Part shown: piece by piece, positions 1 through 10,384 of the stretch
Layout: the number at the start of each line of letters is the position of its first letter
How positions within the stretch are numbered: position 1 is the stretch's first letter
Origin: Andalucia godoyi And28
Lineage: Eukaryota > Protista > Jakobida
Direction: 5' to 3'
DNA: 64,000 nucleotides
Assembly: GCA_009859145.1 (NCBI GenBank)
Contig: VRVR01000023.1
Location: 139,544-203,543, forward strand
Notes under the pieces: model-generated
Databases searched by the model: none
The model's input: the letters and a program-made list of their open reading frames with translations, nothing else
Told to the model about the DNA's origin: nothing
Made by a program: the position numbers and the translations under genes

Positions 1-1613
1 TCAAACACCATTTCTCGCAGGATCGGGCTCTTCAAAATTGCACTGATCATGCAGCAACTTGCTTGTGGGCGCTGTGATCCTCCGACCAGTGCCTTCTTTG
101 ATCGAGAGAAGAATGTTCCGCCCAGCGAGTTATCCCTGTCCGGGGCCACGGATGAAAGGACGAGTTGAAAGGGCTGCAAGCGACGGTTCTTCAACGCATC
201 AAGGTATATGTCGGTGAGCAGATCCATTACTTGCGCCTCAGACACCTTTCCACCAAGAACAGAATACGGAACGCGCTGTACGTCCTTGAACACATGTGAG
301 TGAATCGACAGGGAGCCTCCATCCTTTGTGCGAACCTGCATGTCTGCGTGCAGAAACGTGGACTGCTGCTGCAATGTTTCTTCCAAGAACACGCGAAGCT
401 GCCTTCGAATATCGCAGGTATTCGGACGGAAGGAGAATCCCATCAGCAGACTGACAGTATGACCTCTGCAAGAAAATCCAACAACACCTGTCATGGAGAA
501 TCTGTGCAGAGGATGGGCTTCAATTGCAAAAACCTTGAATGTCCCGTCTTCGAATAGGAAGCATGTGTGCGACCGACTTGCTTCAACCATCTGGATCATG
601 CCCCACGAGGGATCGAATAGATTTCGCGTGTCAATCTGCGAGAGCGTCATTTGTACAGGGTTTTGGGTGGTTCTACGTTCGCCGTCCTCGGCCACAGGCG
701 GCTCGGTATGAACAATACAGCGCCCATCGGCCGGGCCAGACCACCAAACACTGCTGTCCTCCAGCACAACAACCAAGTGGTCGTAGCCGAGAGAAACCAG
801 TCTCACCGGGGCAGTCTGTGGTGCGCTGAGGATGAGATCGGGGGACTGGAATGTCACTGGCTGAAAAGTCGCAGAGCAATGAGCCAACGTTGGCAATGCT
901 CGTCCCAGTGCACCTTTCTTTCCAAAGCCGCATGTTAACAATTGTCCCGAGTTGCTTATTACGGCAGAAGTGGCAAATCCAGCAAAAATCGAGCGGATTG
1001 GCATATCGTAAAGTACCACAACTTCTGGAATCGCAACGGCATTGACATTTCCGAGTCCAGTTTGTCCAAAATCGGATCGACCGCAAGTCATCACGATACC
1101 CCTTTTCGTAAGAAATACCGTGTGATGGCCCCCGGCAGCAATGTCCACAATATTTTGAAAGCCTTCTTTGAACTGGATTTCTCTTGGCATTGCAATATGA
1201 TCCATTTTGGGTCCCTGTCCCAGCTGGCCAAACGCATTGCTTCCGCATGCGTATGCTTTGCCAGTATCATCCAGGAAGACGGAATGTTCGAATCCGGCGG
1301 AAATCTTGACAATGCGAATTGATCTCGAGGAAAAGAACGAGATCTCGCGCGGAAGCGCCTCATCGTTCTGCGACCCGTGGCCCAGTCGTCCGTCGCACCC
1401 GTAGCCAAACGAGAATACACGCCCGCACGCAGTCAGAATCAGTGTGTGCATTGTATGACATGAGATACTCTGAATCCTGTACTTGGAAACGGAACTCTGG
1501 GATTGTGCAGACATTCGTAGCCCATGATCCTGGATTAGGCTCGTTGGCGACGGGCTTCCGATTTGCACAAAGTCAAACACTAACGATCTCGGCTGATTAT
1601 CAGTCACACTCAT
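1..1613 (-). CDS. RCC1-repeat protein with C-terminal BTB-like region; runs off the left edge of the window
   Basis: Manual translation from ATG 1613 (absent from the ORF track because it is open to the edge): HTLILTACGRVFSFGYGCDGRLGHG...KISAGFEHSVFLDDTGKAYACGSNAFGQLGQG are RCC1 repeats; HADMQVRTKDGGSLSIHSHVF further on is BTB-like. Confidence 0.8.
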   Translation of the reverse strand, partial: MSVTDNQPRSLVFDFVQIGSPSPTSLIQDHGLRMSAQSQSSVSKYRIQSISCHTMHTLILTACGRVFSFGYGCDGRLGHGSQNDEALPREISFFSSRSIRIVKISAGFEHSVFLDDTGKAYACGSNAFGQLGQGPKMDHIAMPREIQFKEGFQNIVDIAAGGHHTVFLTKRGIVMTCGRSDFGQTGLGNVNAVAIPEVVVLYDMPIRSIFAGFATSAVISNSGQLLTCGFGKKGALGRALPTLAHCSATFQPVTFQSPDLILSAPQTAPVRLVSLGYDHLVVVLEDSSVWWSGPADGRCIVHTEPPVAEDGERRTTQNPVQMTLSQIDTRNLFDPSWGMIQMVEASRSHTCFLFEDGTFKVFAIEAHPLHRFSMTGVVGFSCRGHTVSLLMGFSFRPNTCDIRRQLRVFLEETLQQQSTFLHADMQVRTKDGGSLSIHSHVFKDVQRVPYSVLGGKVSEAQVMDLLTDIYLDALKNRRLQPFQLVLSSVAPDRDNSLGGTFFSRSKKALVGGSQRPQASCCMISAILKSPILREMVF

Positions 1614-1991
1614 TCGCACACGTCAGCGCGCAGACTTCAATGTTCCTTGTGTAAATGTATTAAAATAAAATGAAAAAAGCAGGAAGATTTGAATTTAAAG
1701 ATAAAATAAAATTGGAAACGCAAGAAAAGAAGAAACAAAAACAGAGCCAAATTGATCCAGTGTTGTGCACGGTGTGCGGTTTATTTATTTTTGTGTAGGC
1801 CTACGCGTGTCCACGTGTCCGCGCGCGTGTGTGTGTGTGTGTGTGCGTGTGCAAACAGAAATTCGGACGTTTTCCACGTGGCGCTTGGCTGCAAAAGGGA
1901 GCGATTCGGGTTTTGTTGCACGGATCGACATCGGAGAGTTCGGGGGTAAAATTCGAAAAAGGAAAAATACCCGACAACCTACTCAATATGT

Positions 1992-3800
1992 TCACTTTTT
2001 ACAGATAATCACGTGATTTTGAGAAAGGCCAAGTTCCGCACAGACAAATTCCTTGAGCCGATCTGGCCTTCCTTGCAAGTTGACTTCGTTTCCATCCACA
2101 GACGCTGATGCTGCAAATTTCTTCTGGCAAGCACTCCCAAACTCGTCGAGCGAGATTCCGAATTGTTCAAGATGCAAGATTCGGGATACCCACTTAGAGC
2201 CCTGTCTTCGTTCCACGATGATCTCTACAGGTTTTAAAGAACCCTTGATGATGCGCGGTTCTTGACCGGCTGGGGTTCCGGGCAGTCGAATAAGAGTGAA
2301 TGGCTTAAGAACAGAGGGCAAGTACTTCCCGAACAACTCCCGTTTCGACACTAGAGATCCGATTTGCGGATGAGCCTTTGTCTGTCGAAAGAACGCATCC
2401 AAAATGTTCTCATCCACTTTCACACTGGACTTGTCTTCGGCTGACTCCAGCGGTTGTGTGTACGACTTCAAGGCAGTTTGGATTTCCCTCATTGAGAAGT
2501 ATTCATCTTTTAGCCGTCGCGAATTAGGAAACAGGAATGCAGCCGCCGCGGGGACTTGATAGACTTCCATGATCGCCATATCTTCTTCTTCTTCTTCTTC
2601 ATCGTCATTATCGCCATCGCGTTTCTGCTTCTTGCGAGAATTCGTTTTGAGTGGAATGAAGTCTCGAAGCGAAGCATGCCGATTGTCAATCGCTGTAATA
2701 TACAGCTGATCTTGTTTTTCCTTAGTCGACAGAACACCAAGCTTCTTGAGATGCTGAGCAAGTTTGGAGAGCTTCTTCCAAGACGATGCTTTGAGATCGA
2801 GATCCATCCCTTCTTGCTCAAATGGTAGGACTCGAGCAGAGAAGAACTCGGACAGTTCAACAGGAAGATCCGTCGAAGAGACTGTTGCCATGAGTGCCGA
2901 ATAGAAGCACGCAAGGATATCTGCATCCATTTTTTCCCTGGAAATCCCCTCGGGTTCTTTCCTTGCCGGCTCCATTGCTTCCTTCTCTGCCGGGGGCTCC
3001 GTCGACACGGAATCGGAGAGGATCTCGTCTGCTGCATGGCCGTTGATTTTTCGACCGTCATCATGTCCCGCAGAAGCAACTGCTAGATCCGCCACGGCAC
3101 TACTCAAATACTCCGTTTCGCTGTTTGCGTGAGGCAGTTCGTGTACATCCTCAATTGGGTAGACACGCGAACTTGTGAAGCCTTTCGGAAATATCCGAGC
3201 AGGACCGCCTCCAGCACCCAGCATATTCCACAAGGCGTCTCCAAAAGAGTGCATGACTTCTACTCCTCTTCCTCTCCAGTTACTCTTGACTGCCTCCTCT
3301 CCGCTCACCAACATCTTTCCAACAGCAAACGGAACAGGATTGCCAGCCACGTAAATCGCAGCGACCTCGTCCTTCGAGAACGTTGCTGCCGTCAGCGAGG
3401 TGTCCACGCCAGGAAGCATAAGATCTGCTCCGTTCAAGACGAACTGGGAGACTTGCGACGGGACGTAAACATTGCAATCCATAAGATTCGGAAAAGACAT
3501 CAGAGCATATATCGTTGGAAGCACCGCGTCCTTTTGACCGGGAACAGCGGCTTCGAGTGAAAAGAAGAGCGGAACAGCATGTGTTCCAAACACCGTAAGC
3601 CGCAGATCCGAGCATCGATACTGCACAACGACGCTTTCGGCAGCAGAATCCGCTGATCCGCTGGCACTTGTAGAAAACATCCTATCGAACGATGATTGGT
3701 CCAATCGCGGAAACGCATCCAAAAGGCGTTTACGGACAAGTTTCCTGTCTTTTCCACCAAGCACAGTCTGTGTGGACACTCGAAATCCCTTCTTGAACAT
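1992..3800 (-). CDS. EIF2D: Translation initiation factor eIF2D (ligatin): PUA, SWIB-like and SUI1 domains
   Basis: VLNGADLMLPGV PUA motif; C-terminal SUI1 domain (VERRQGSKWVSRILHLEQFGI...SASVDGNEVNLQG); first ATG at 3800. Confidence 0.9.
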   Translation of the reverse strand: MFKKGFRVSTQTVLGGKDRKLVRKRLLDAFPRLDQSSFDRMFSTSASGSADSAAESVVVQYRCSDLRLTVFGTHAVPLFFSLEAAVPGQKDAVLPTIYALMSFPNLMDCNVYVPSQVSQFVLNGADLMLPGVDTSLTAATFSKDEVAAIYVAGNPVPFAVGKMLVSGEEAVKSNWRGRGVEVMHSFGDALWNMLGAGGGPARIFPKGFTSSRVYPIEDVHELPHANSETEYLSSAVADLAVASAGHDDGRKINGHAADEILSDSVSTEPPAEKEAMEPARKEPEGISREKMDADILACFYSALMATVSSTDLPVELSEFFSARVLPFEQEGMDLDLKASSWKKLSKLAQHLKKLGVLSTKEKQDQLYITAIDNRHASLRDFIPLKTNSRKKQKRDGDNDDEEEEEEDMAIMEVYQVPAAAAFLFPNSRRLKDEYFSMREIQTALKSYTQPLESAEDKSSVKVDENILDAFFRQTKAHPQIGSLVSKRELFGKYLPSVLKPFTLIRLPGTPAGQEPRIIKGSLKPVEIIVERRQGSKWVSRILHLEQFGISLDEFGSACQKKFAASASVDGNEVNLQGRPDRLKEFVCAELGLSQNHVIICKK

Positions 3801-4363
3801 TTTTTTTTTTGCTCGTTCTTCACCGTCTCGTGTCGAAACCAAACCACCTCTCCTCTTCTTCTTCCTCCCGTATCTGCTTTTGAAGAAGATAGTTAAAAAA
3901 ACCCCTTATTTCTCTCTTCTCGTTTTTTTTCTCTTCTACTCTTTTTAAAATTAAAAATAATAATTCCCCTTCTTCAGAGGTTCGATGCCAAACGAAAAAC
4001 CAGCAACAAAAAAAAAGAAAAGATGAGCAAAAACGGGTTTCCAACAAGCCTTTTTTCACAAAGGCTCGCACTGATGTCGAGCTGAGAAAGATCCGGCAGC
4101 GGACAGAAAATGGCCCGCGTACGGTAACGCATTCTTTTTGATGCTTTGATGCTGAGAGGCTTTCTTTTGGGATGGGCGAAAGTCTCCCCCTTTCTTTTCC
4201 TGCGTTTCTTTACTGGTGGTGTTTTGATTATTACTATTATTTGTTATTATTATTATTATTATTATTTCTCTTTTTGCTTGTCTTTAGGTAGGCAATTGCA
4301 GAAACACAATATTTTCTTCTTTCTATTCTTTCTTTCTTTTCCTTTTTTGTTTTTGTTTTGAGG

Positions 4364-5464
4364 ATGCAGTCGAATGATCCGAATAACACTCGCTGGGCCA
4401 AGAACAGCAGCTCGATTGGACACATGCTGCTTGCAAAGATGGGCTGGCAAGCAGGGAATGGACTTGGGGCTGCGCAGCAGGGGACGACGACGCATATTCG
4501 AGTTGCAGCGCGAAGCAGCACGGAAAACACAGTTGGAATTGGTGCAGACAAGATCAAGATGGACCATGTATCAGAACATATTGATGAATTCAACTCTGTC
4601 CTGATGAAGCTGCAGTCTGCTCACAAAGTGCATTCCACTCGCGGTATAGACAGGATGGATAGCATGGACAATGTGGACGGTGTGGACGGTGCGAGCATTG
4701 GTGATGGTATTACAAAGAAGGAGGGAGTTGTATATGGATCGAAGAGAGTGACGTACAATCGTATCAAGACAGCAAAGATGGTCCAGTCGTATTCGGATCA
4801 GGACTTGGCAAATATCCTCGGAAAGTACACTGTCGATCGGAAAGGCGGAGCAAAGTCCAGTGGGCCGTCTGATCCGCAACTAATTTCAGGCGCGGAAAGT
4901 GGTGATCGTGAGCGTGACTGTGATCGAGATGGCTGTGGCGCTGTTCTTCGAAGTGTCTCCTCTGGGTCGCTAGAGGCTTTCGAACATGAAATTCAGATGC
5001 TCAAAGAAACAGACTCGCAAAGAGTGATCAAGGATATGGAAAAGAGTCGGAAGAAGGAAATGAAGAAGAGCAGAAAGACAGACAAAAAGGAAGAAAAGTC
5101 GGACAAAAAGAAAGATAAGAAAGACAAGAAGAATGAAAAGAAAGAGAGAAAAGAAAAGACTGTGCAGTCTGAACAATCGGACAACTCGGAGGCATCCAAA
5201 GAGTCCAGCAACATGGAAACGAATGAAAAGAAGGCCCGCAAAGATAAGGGGGATAAGAAGAGTCGGAAAGTGATAAAGGAAGCTGAAAGCAGCAGCACTG
5301 CGAGCACTGATAGCTGTGATGGAGAAGATAGGGAAAAAAAGAAGAGGAAGCGGGGCCGCATGGAGGAAACTGTCTCATCTTCTGAATCCGAAGAACACAG
5401 TTCGAAAAAGAAGAAGAGAAGGACTTCCTCGAACTCTTCTTCTGTAGATGCTTCGATGCCGTAG
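4364..5464 (+). CDS. PINX1: G-patch protein PinX1/Pxr1 with Lys-rich C-terminus
   Basis: DPNNTRWAKNSSSIGHMLLAKMGWQAGNGLGAAQQG G-patch; K/E/D-rich tail. Confidence 0.85.
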   Translation: MQSNDPNNTRWAKNSSSIGHMLLAKMGWQAGNGLGAAQQGTTTHIRVAARSSTENTVGIGADKIKMDHVSEHIDEFNSVLMKLQSAHKVHSTRGIDRMDSMDNVDGVDGASIGDGITKKEGVVYGSKRVTYNRIKTAKMVQSYSDQDLANILGKYTVDRKGGAKSSGPSDPQLISGAESGDRERDCDRDGCGAVLRSVSSGSLEAFEHEIQMLKETDSQRVIKDMEKSRKKEMKKSRKTDKKEEKSDKKKDKKDKKNEKKERKEKTVQSEQSDNSEASKESSNMETNEKKARKDKGDKKSRKVIKEAESSSTASTDSCDGEDREKKKRKRGRMEETVSSSESEEHSSKKKKRRTSSNSSSVDASMP

Positions 5465-5814
5465 CAACGCTGATTCTCGACCGTGGATTTTCCGCCTGTT
5501 CACTGTTGGGCACTGTTCTCTCTTCTCGCTGTCATACTTTCTGCTTGCAACAAACTCTGATCTCCGTAGAATTGGTTTTCGCGTCAAGCCGACTTCACTC
5601 GGCGTCGTTGCGGCCTCACCCATCGTTCTTTGCCGGTTTCCTTTTCCTCCCGCTAGAGTTTGCGAGATTCAATCGTCGAATGCATTGGGAGTGATTCTGC
5701 AGCGTCCTTTGTCCATTGGAGACATGGCGCATCGACAAGCCAGTTCTTTACACATACATGTTTATCATTCATATTTTCTTTCTTTCTTCTTCTTCTTAAT
5801 TACACAGCATTCAT

Positions 5815-6189
5815 TTACTCATTCACCATCATTTGTTGATCTTGCTCGTTCGAGTACTGTCTCGTCTGGGAAATCAGTGACGTCGCAAGTGCATCGAGAG
5901 CATCCTTTGCGACGATGGATTCCGTCCATTCTCTCTGATACACTCGAACAGCATTCACAAGAAACCGATCTGGATTCTCCTCTGCATCCACCATCTGCAG
6001 AACTTGCAAAGGAATCTGCGTGACAGGGACGTCTCCAAGTGCCTTCAGACTGTTCAGATGCGCAACAAAATCACCGAGTCTGGCGTCCAGCGTTAATCGA
6101 GTATCAGGACCAAGGTCTTCAAGCGCAGCAAGCACAGACTTGCAATCGTGCAACAGAGTATTAATGCTCTTCTCAAGCGCTGTTGTCAT
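5815..6189 (-). CDS. MED10: Mediator subunit Med10-like
   Basis: IPLQVLQMVDAEENPDRF resembles the Med10 IPxEVxxYIDxGRNP motif; 124 aa from ATG 6189. Confidence 0.65.
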   Translation of the reverse strand: MTTALEKSINTLLHDCKSVLAALEDLGPDTRLTLDARLGDFVAHLNSLKALGDVPVTQIPLQVLQMVDAEENPDRFLVNAVRVYQREWTESIVAKDALDALATSLISQTRQYSNEQDQQMMVNE

Positions 6190-6649
6190 TCTCTTCTTCT
6201 TGTTCTTGCTCCTCCTTCTCCTATGGCGACAAACAATGACAAAACAATAACGACGACGATGAACCCCGTACAGCTGCAGCAAAAAAACAAAAACGACACC
6301 AACAATGAAAAGATGCTTTTGAGTGCATCCGTCGACAGCGGTCAACCTTCACTTTCACACCTGTCAGTGGGCGTCCCCGTGTACGTTTGTACGTACACGG
6401 TTATCATTGGAGAATGGCTTGTTTGATTGATTTGAGAGTCTTTGGATATAAGGAAAGTTCTTGCGCAGATTCCGAAAGACCTCGGCACGCCAGAGGAGCG
6501 TACGTCTCACTTCATTTTTTCTGTTTTTCTTCTTCATGTTTTCAGAAGAGTTGTGTTGTTTTATGTTTTTTTGTGTTTTGATCTAACCTTTTCAGTCTAT
6601 TTTCGTTTGTTGTTGTTGAATGATCGTGTTGACGATTGCTTCTTGATCC

Positions 6650-7354
6650 ATGATGAGCAGCCAAGTTGTGCGGACCATGTATAAAGTCCTTGTTTGCCCG
6701 TGTGCGATCCCGTGGTATTGCTGCGAGCTCTTCGCGATTGCATTCTTGGAGGAGTGCGGAAAACATGGAAAAGCAACAGCACTGTTCGACACCTGGTCAG
6801 CAATGTGGAATCCCTTTGCTTGTGGTGCAAATGCGGATGGGTGCAGCGTTACGGGGACGTCGGTCGAGAGGCAGGCAGCTGTGGATGCGCTCGGATGGAT
6901 GTTTGCTCCACCACCGTCACAAGATAGCATGGCGGCACCAGGAGCCGCGGGAGAGACAGCAAGCAGCGCGGTACAGCATTCTTCTCCGTCAGTCCACCCG
7001 AGGTCTTCCAGCGTGGCGACGGATATTGAAACTCCGCATGAAAGAGAGTGTCCATCGACAGTTGTACAAAAAAATGACGGGGAGTGTTGCGAAAAGAAGC
7101 TGGATGAGGATAGAAATGAGGATGAGGAGGAGGTGGAGGAGCACGCTGATTGCAATGAGGATCTGGACGACTCTTGCAGAATATGCTTTGAGAACAAGAT
7201 CAACACAGTGATTGACGATTGCGGACACACTGTGATTTGTCTAAAGTGCGCAACCAGCGGGCTGCGGCTCTGTCCAATTTGCAGATCAAAAATCAAGTCC
7301 ATCGTATGCTTGCGAGATGAAACATTCAAAATCGAAGGGCCAGAAACAGAATGA
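6650..7354 (+). CDS. C-terminal RING finger (C3HC4, IAP/MGRN-type) E3 ligase-like protein
   Basis: CRICFENKINTVIDDCGHTVICLKCATSGLRLCPICRSKI. Confidence 0.8.
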   Translation: MMSSQVVRTMYKVLVCPCAIPWYCCELFAIAFLEECGKHGKATALFDTWSAMWNPFACGANADGCSVTGTSVERQAAVDALGWMFAPPPSQDSMAAPGAAGETASSAVQHSSPSVHPRSSSVATDIETPHERECPSTVVQKNDGECCEKKLDEDRNEDEEEVEEHADCNEDLDDSCRICFENKINTVIDDCGHTVICLKCATSGLRLCPICRSKIKSIVCLRDETFKIEGPETE

Positions 7355-7468
7355 AGATGATCATATTTTAAATAAAAATGAACCAAGAGGATATGCATCA
7401 TTTTTGCCATCTTTTACATTTCCTCCTCCAGAGCGCGAGAGCAAATAGCAACTGTCGATTACTTCTGG

Positions 7469-7738
7469 TCAGTGACTGTGCGTTGCATTATGATCTTCAT
7501 CACGAAGTCGAGCTCGACGAACCTCTGCGGATGCCTTTCCGCCTCTCGAGGCAAGCCTTTTTCGCTCCTCGGGATCCAGTCGTGCAAATCCACGCGGATG
7601 CTTTGACAACAAATCAGTGGTTGCGGCTTGCGATTCAAGACCTGCTTTCAGCTCATTAAGAGCAAAGGACCGGGAAGCAGATCGAGAGGTTGTATCGATG
7701 AATCCTCTTGCAAACAGCCTCTTCAAAACAGCTGTCAT
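7469..7738 (-). CDS. Small KGG-motif stress protein (Con-10/YciG-like), single repeat
   Basis: RGFARLDPEERKRLASRGGKAS matches the GFASMDxExQREIASKGGKAS repeat. Confidence 0.7.
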   Translation of the reverse strand: MTAVLKRLFARGFIDTTSRSASRSFALNELKAGLESQAATTDLLSKHPRGFARLDPEERKRLASRGGKASAEVRRARLRDEDHNATHSH

Positions 7739-8043
7739 TTCCTTTCTTCTACAAGCACACTCGTACGCAAATGTCGAAAAGGAAAGGATCAGTACAAAAA
7801 GAGAAGCAAAGCAAACTCAATTCGAAGCGGTTGCACACACTGACGGTACAAAAAAACACATCGACCTGAACGGCGGAGTACTTCGAGTTTTGATAACATA
7901 ACAAACAATTTGAATCTCTGCGAGAAATAAAAAACACCGCTGCCACTTATTGCGATATGATGAAGCAATCTGAAGCGCACGCAAACAAAAACACGCCGCG
8001 GCGCTGCATTCTCGCACAGTGACGCTCATTTCTTATATTGTCC

Positions 8044-8132
8044 ATGCAACGCACCATGTACGCCACGCCCGCAACGCTGCGCAAGACCCATGACATCTCC
8101 ACCGACGCTGGGCCGCCGTCAGGAAAGATCGC
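8044..8132 (+). pseudogene. tnpA: IS607 TnpA (serine recombinase) N-terminal HTH remnant
   Basis: MQRTMYATPATLRKTHDIST / frameshift / RRWAA-SGKI; typical MerR-like HTH pattern Y-x-T-P...-ST-x-TLRRWA-x-x-GKI. Confidence 0.7.
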
Positions 8133-8370
8133 CAAGACGACAACTGCGCGGCAGCGGCTGCTCTGCAAATCGCGCGAATTCGCGGGGCGGCAGGTGTCGA
8201 TTGTGACTTGTGACGGAGGAGTGCACGTCTAAAGCGTGCGGCCGTTGCGGGGGAAATCCATCGCAAGTTGTGTGGAAGCAAGGTGCGTTTTGCTGCCCAT
8301 CGTGCAAAATGCACGATCGACCGCGATTGGAACAGTGCGCCCGACATCTACATCTGTGTTAAGAACGTCT
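8125..8370 (+). pseudogene. Fanzor2/TnpB C-terminal remnant (RuvC-II, Zn finger, RuvC-III), frameshifted
   Basis: KIAKTTTARQRLLCKSREFAGRQVSIVT..EECTSKACGRCG..CPSCKCTIDRDWNSAPDI when frames are joined. Confidence 0.85.
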
Positions 8371-8510
8371 CGCATGCCGTGGGCCGTGGTGGGGCCCACC
8401 TCCTTCCCAATCATGATATGCATGTTGTTGGGTTGCAGCATTGATTATGGGTGATCAGCGATGAATATCCGTGGCTAGTGTACAATGTAGGCGTCAACTC
8501 TCGGTCACAT
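8370..8510 (+). ncRNA. Candidate omegaRNA scaffold (family A) plus flanking guide
   Basis: Conserved right-end region shared with copy A2; GTGGGCC/GGCCCAC stem; lies downstream of RuvC-III as expected. Boundaries approximate, expression not shown. Confidence 0.5.
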
Positions 8511-8751
8511 ATTCTGAGCCCAACGGCGAGTGCATTCGCTGCACAGAAAGGCCGTGCAATAAGTCGGGTGGGTGAGAAAAAGAACCGCCTCGGCCCCCCG
8601 GAAGTCGACTCCTTCCTTTGTCATTATAGTCATCTTATGAAGAAGAAGGACGGGGGGAAAAAAAAAAAGAAAAAAAAAGGAGAAAAGAAAGAGCGTTGGC
8701 TGGACGTCCACGGAAGATGCTGCATGCATATTCGATTCCATGTCACCACGC

Positions 8752-10299
8752 TTACAGAGAATTTTCTGCATCGCTTTGGTTGCCCATGTTCAAATACCGC
8801 GAAGAAACTGTACCCATGGCCCGTTTCTGTTTAACGTACGCATACGCACCTAAAACAATAACCAGGATCAGAAAGATTCCGAGTAAAATGATGGAATACT
8901 CTTCGGCGGAGATCCCATGGTTCGCTGGATGCGCTGCTCTACTGTCATCGTGGCCATTCGCATGATGGATGCTACGGATGACGAACTCATCCATGGGTTT
9001 TCCGGAATCAGCGTCCAGCGCCGTGACGATCAGTTCGTCCCGATCGACATCAACCGTGATCTCGACGTACCCATGAAAGGCTGCATTTCGCACCGCAGAC
9101 CATTCTGGATGAGGAATTTGGAACGTCGAGACCAGTTCTCTTCCGCCAATTCCCGCAACGACATGAACGGGCGCCCGGGGCTCTTCGTAAGCGTACAGTT
9201 CCGTCTTTTGCACCAGGATTGATTTTCCATCTTCACTCATCATCACTGGAAACGATCGTTCATAGGCGTGCACATGCCCTGCGAGAATCAAATCTACTCC
9301 GTACGTACTAAGCATCCAGTCGATGTACCCCCGGATATCGAGGGCGGAGCCGTGCTTTTCGTTGGAACAAAAAAGAGGTCTATGCAACACAAGGATGATC
9401 CATGGAACACGCATTCGGTTCACTTCTTCACTCGCAGCTTCAAGGTCCGACAGCAAAAATGCGTACTGCGCAGAAGAAGGGTCGATCTGGTGCTCCGATG
9501 AAACGAAAACGAAATGCACTGGACCGACATCCAACGAGTACCAAAACTGTCCCTGTCTGAGATTTCCAGGTGTTTCGAATCGTGCAATATACGAAGAAAA
9601 CTTTGACTGATCGTCGTGAATGTCCGGCTCACGTTCATGGTTGCCAACTGCGGTCAGCAACACCCGATTGGACGCATACTGTTGGATGATTTCCGAAGCA
9701 GCATCCCAGACAGACTGTCCAGCATAATAGGAATTTGCATAGGAGATGTCTCCACCGTGCACAACCAACGAATAGCGATCGATATTGGATGCTAGACGGT
9801 CGCTTGTCCTTTGCGCAACCGCATCGGCACCCGTATCTGCGACAAATGCAAACCGGAAAATACTACCAGTCTGTTTCAGGTACTCCTGAGCGCTGGGCGA
9901 CGGAGCCGATACAAACCGGGAAGAAAACATCAGAGAGGCCTGGCCATCCAGCACAGAGTACTGAAACGTAGCTTCAGAGGTCAGATTGGTCGAGAAAACA
10001 CATTTCGAAATGGAGCGGTTCGAAAAGAGGGCCACAGTCTGTATCGCTGCTTTTGGAATCACCACAACTGGCCCATTAGGAACTTTCTGATACGCAACAT
10101 GCACATCCGAGTCATCCAAATCGAAAACTGTGTACGTGAGCACTGTGTTCCGCTCCAAATTGACGGATAAATGGACTTGGGATACGGATGGAACGAGTGC
10201 GAAGCACAATGCTGTGGGAGCGAAACTCAAAGCCACAGCTACAGCCACAGCCGCAATGTTCAAAGGAAGCCGCAGTTCCAAACAGCTACAGTGTCTCAT
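8752..10299 (-). CDS. Purple acid phosphatase family metallophosphoesterase, signal peptide and C-terminal TM helix
   Basis: ADTG, GDISYA, GNHE, VLHRP and LAGHVHAYERS metal-binding motifs. Confidence 0.9.
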   Translation of the reverse strand: MRHCSCLELRLPLNIAAVAVAVALSFAPTALCFALVPSVSQVHLSVNLERNTVLTYTVFDLDDSDVHVAYQKVPNGPVVVIPKAAIQTVALFSNRSISKCVFSTNLTSEATFQYSVLDGQASLMFSSRFVSAPSPSAQEYLKQTGSIFRFAFVADTGADAVAQRTSDRLASNIDRYSLVVHGGDISYANSYYAGQSVWDAASEIIQQYASNRVLLTAVGNHEREPDIHDDQSKFSSYIARFETPGNLRQGQFWYSLDVGPVHFVFVSSEHQIDPSSAQYAFLLSDLEAASEEVNRMRVPWIILVLHRPLFCSNEKHGSALDIRGYIDWMLSTYGVDLILAGHVHAYERSFPVMMSEDGKSILVQKTELYAYEEPRAPVHVVAGIGGRELVSTFQIPHPEWSAVRNAAFHGYVEITVDVDRDELIVTALDADSGKPMDEFVIRSIHHANGHDDSRAAHPANHGISAEEYSIILLGIFLILVIVLGAYAYVKQKRAMGTVSSRYLNMGNQSDAENSL

Positions 10300-10384
10300 G
10301 CTGAGAAGCCTCCCCACCCCAGATCACTCTGAAGAACCCTTCTCTTTGTTCGTGTTTGGCAGACGGGGAGTGCCAAGCGAGCCG

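Larger units (their letters stand above)
7940..8493 (+). mobile_element. Non-autonomous IS607/Fanzor2 element, family A copy 1 (554 bp)
   Basis: CCG at 7937-7939 then CTGCCACTT; right end GTGTACAATGTAGGCG; homologous end-to-end to 44896-45678; holds a TnpA HTH start and Fanzor C-terminal remnants. Confidence 0.9.

Noticed and set aside
5448-6023. 191-aa plus-strand ORF and many similar short track ORFs
   Set aside because: Antisense or alternate-frame shadows of supported genes, or translations of microsatellites
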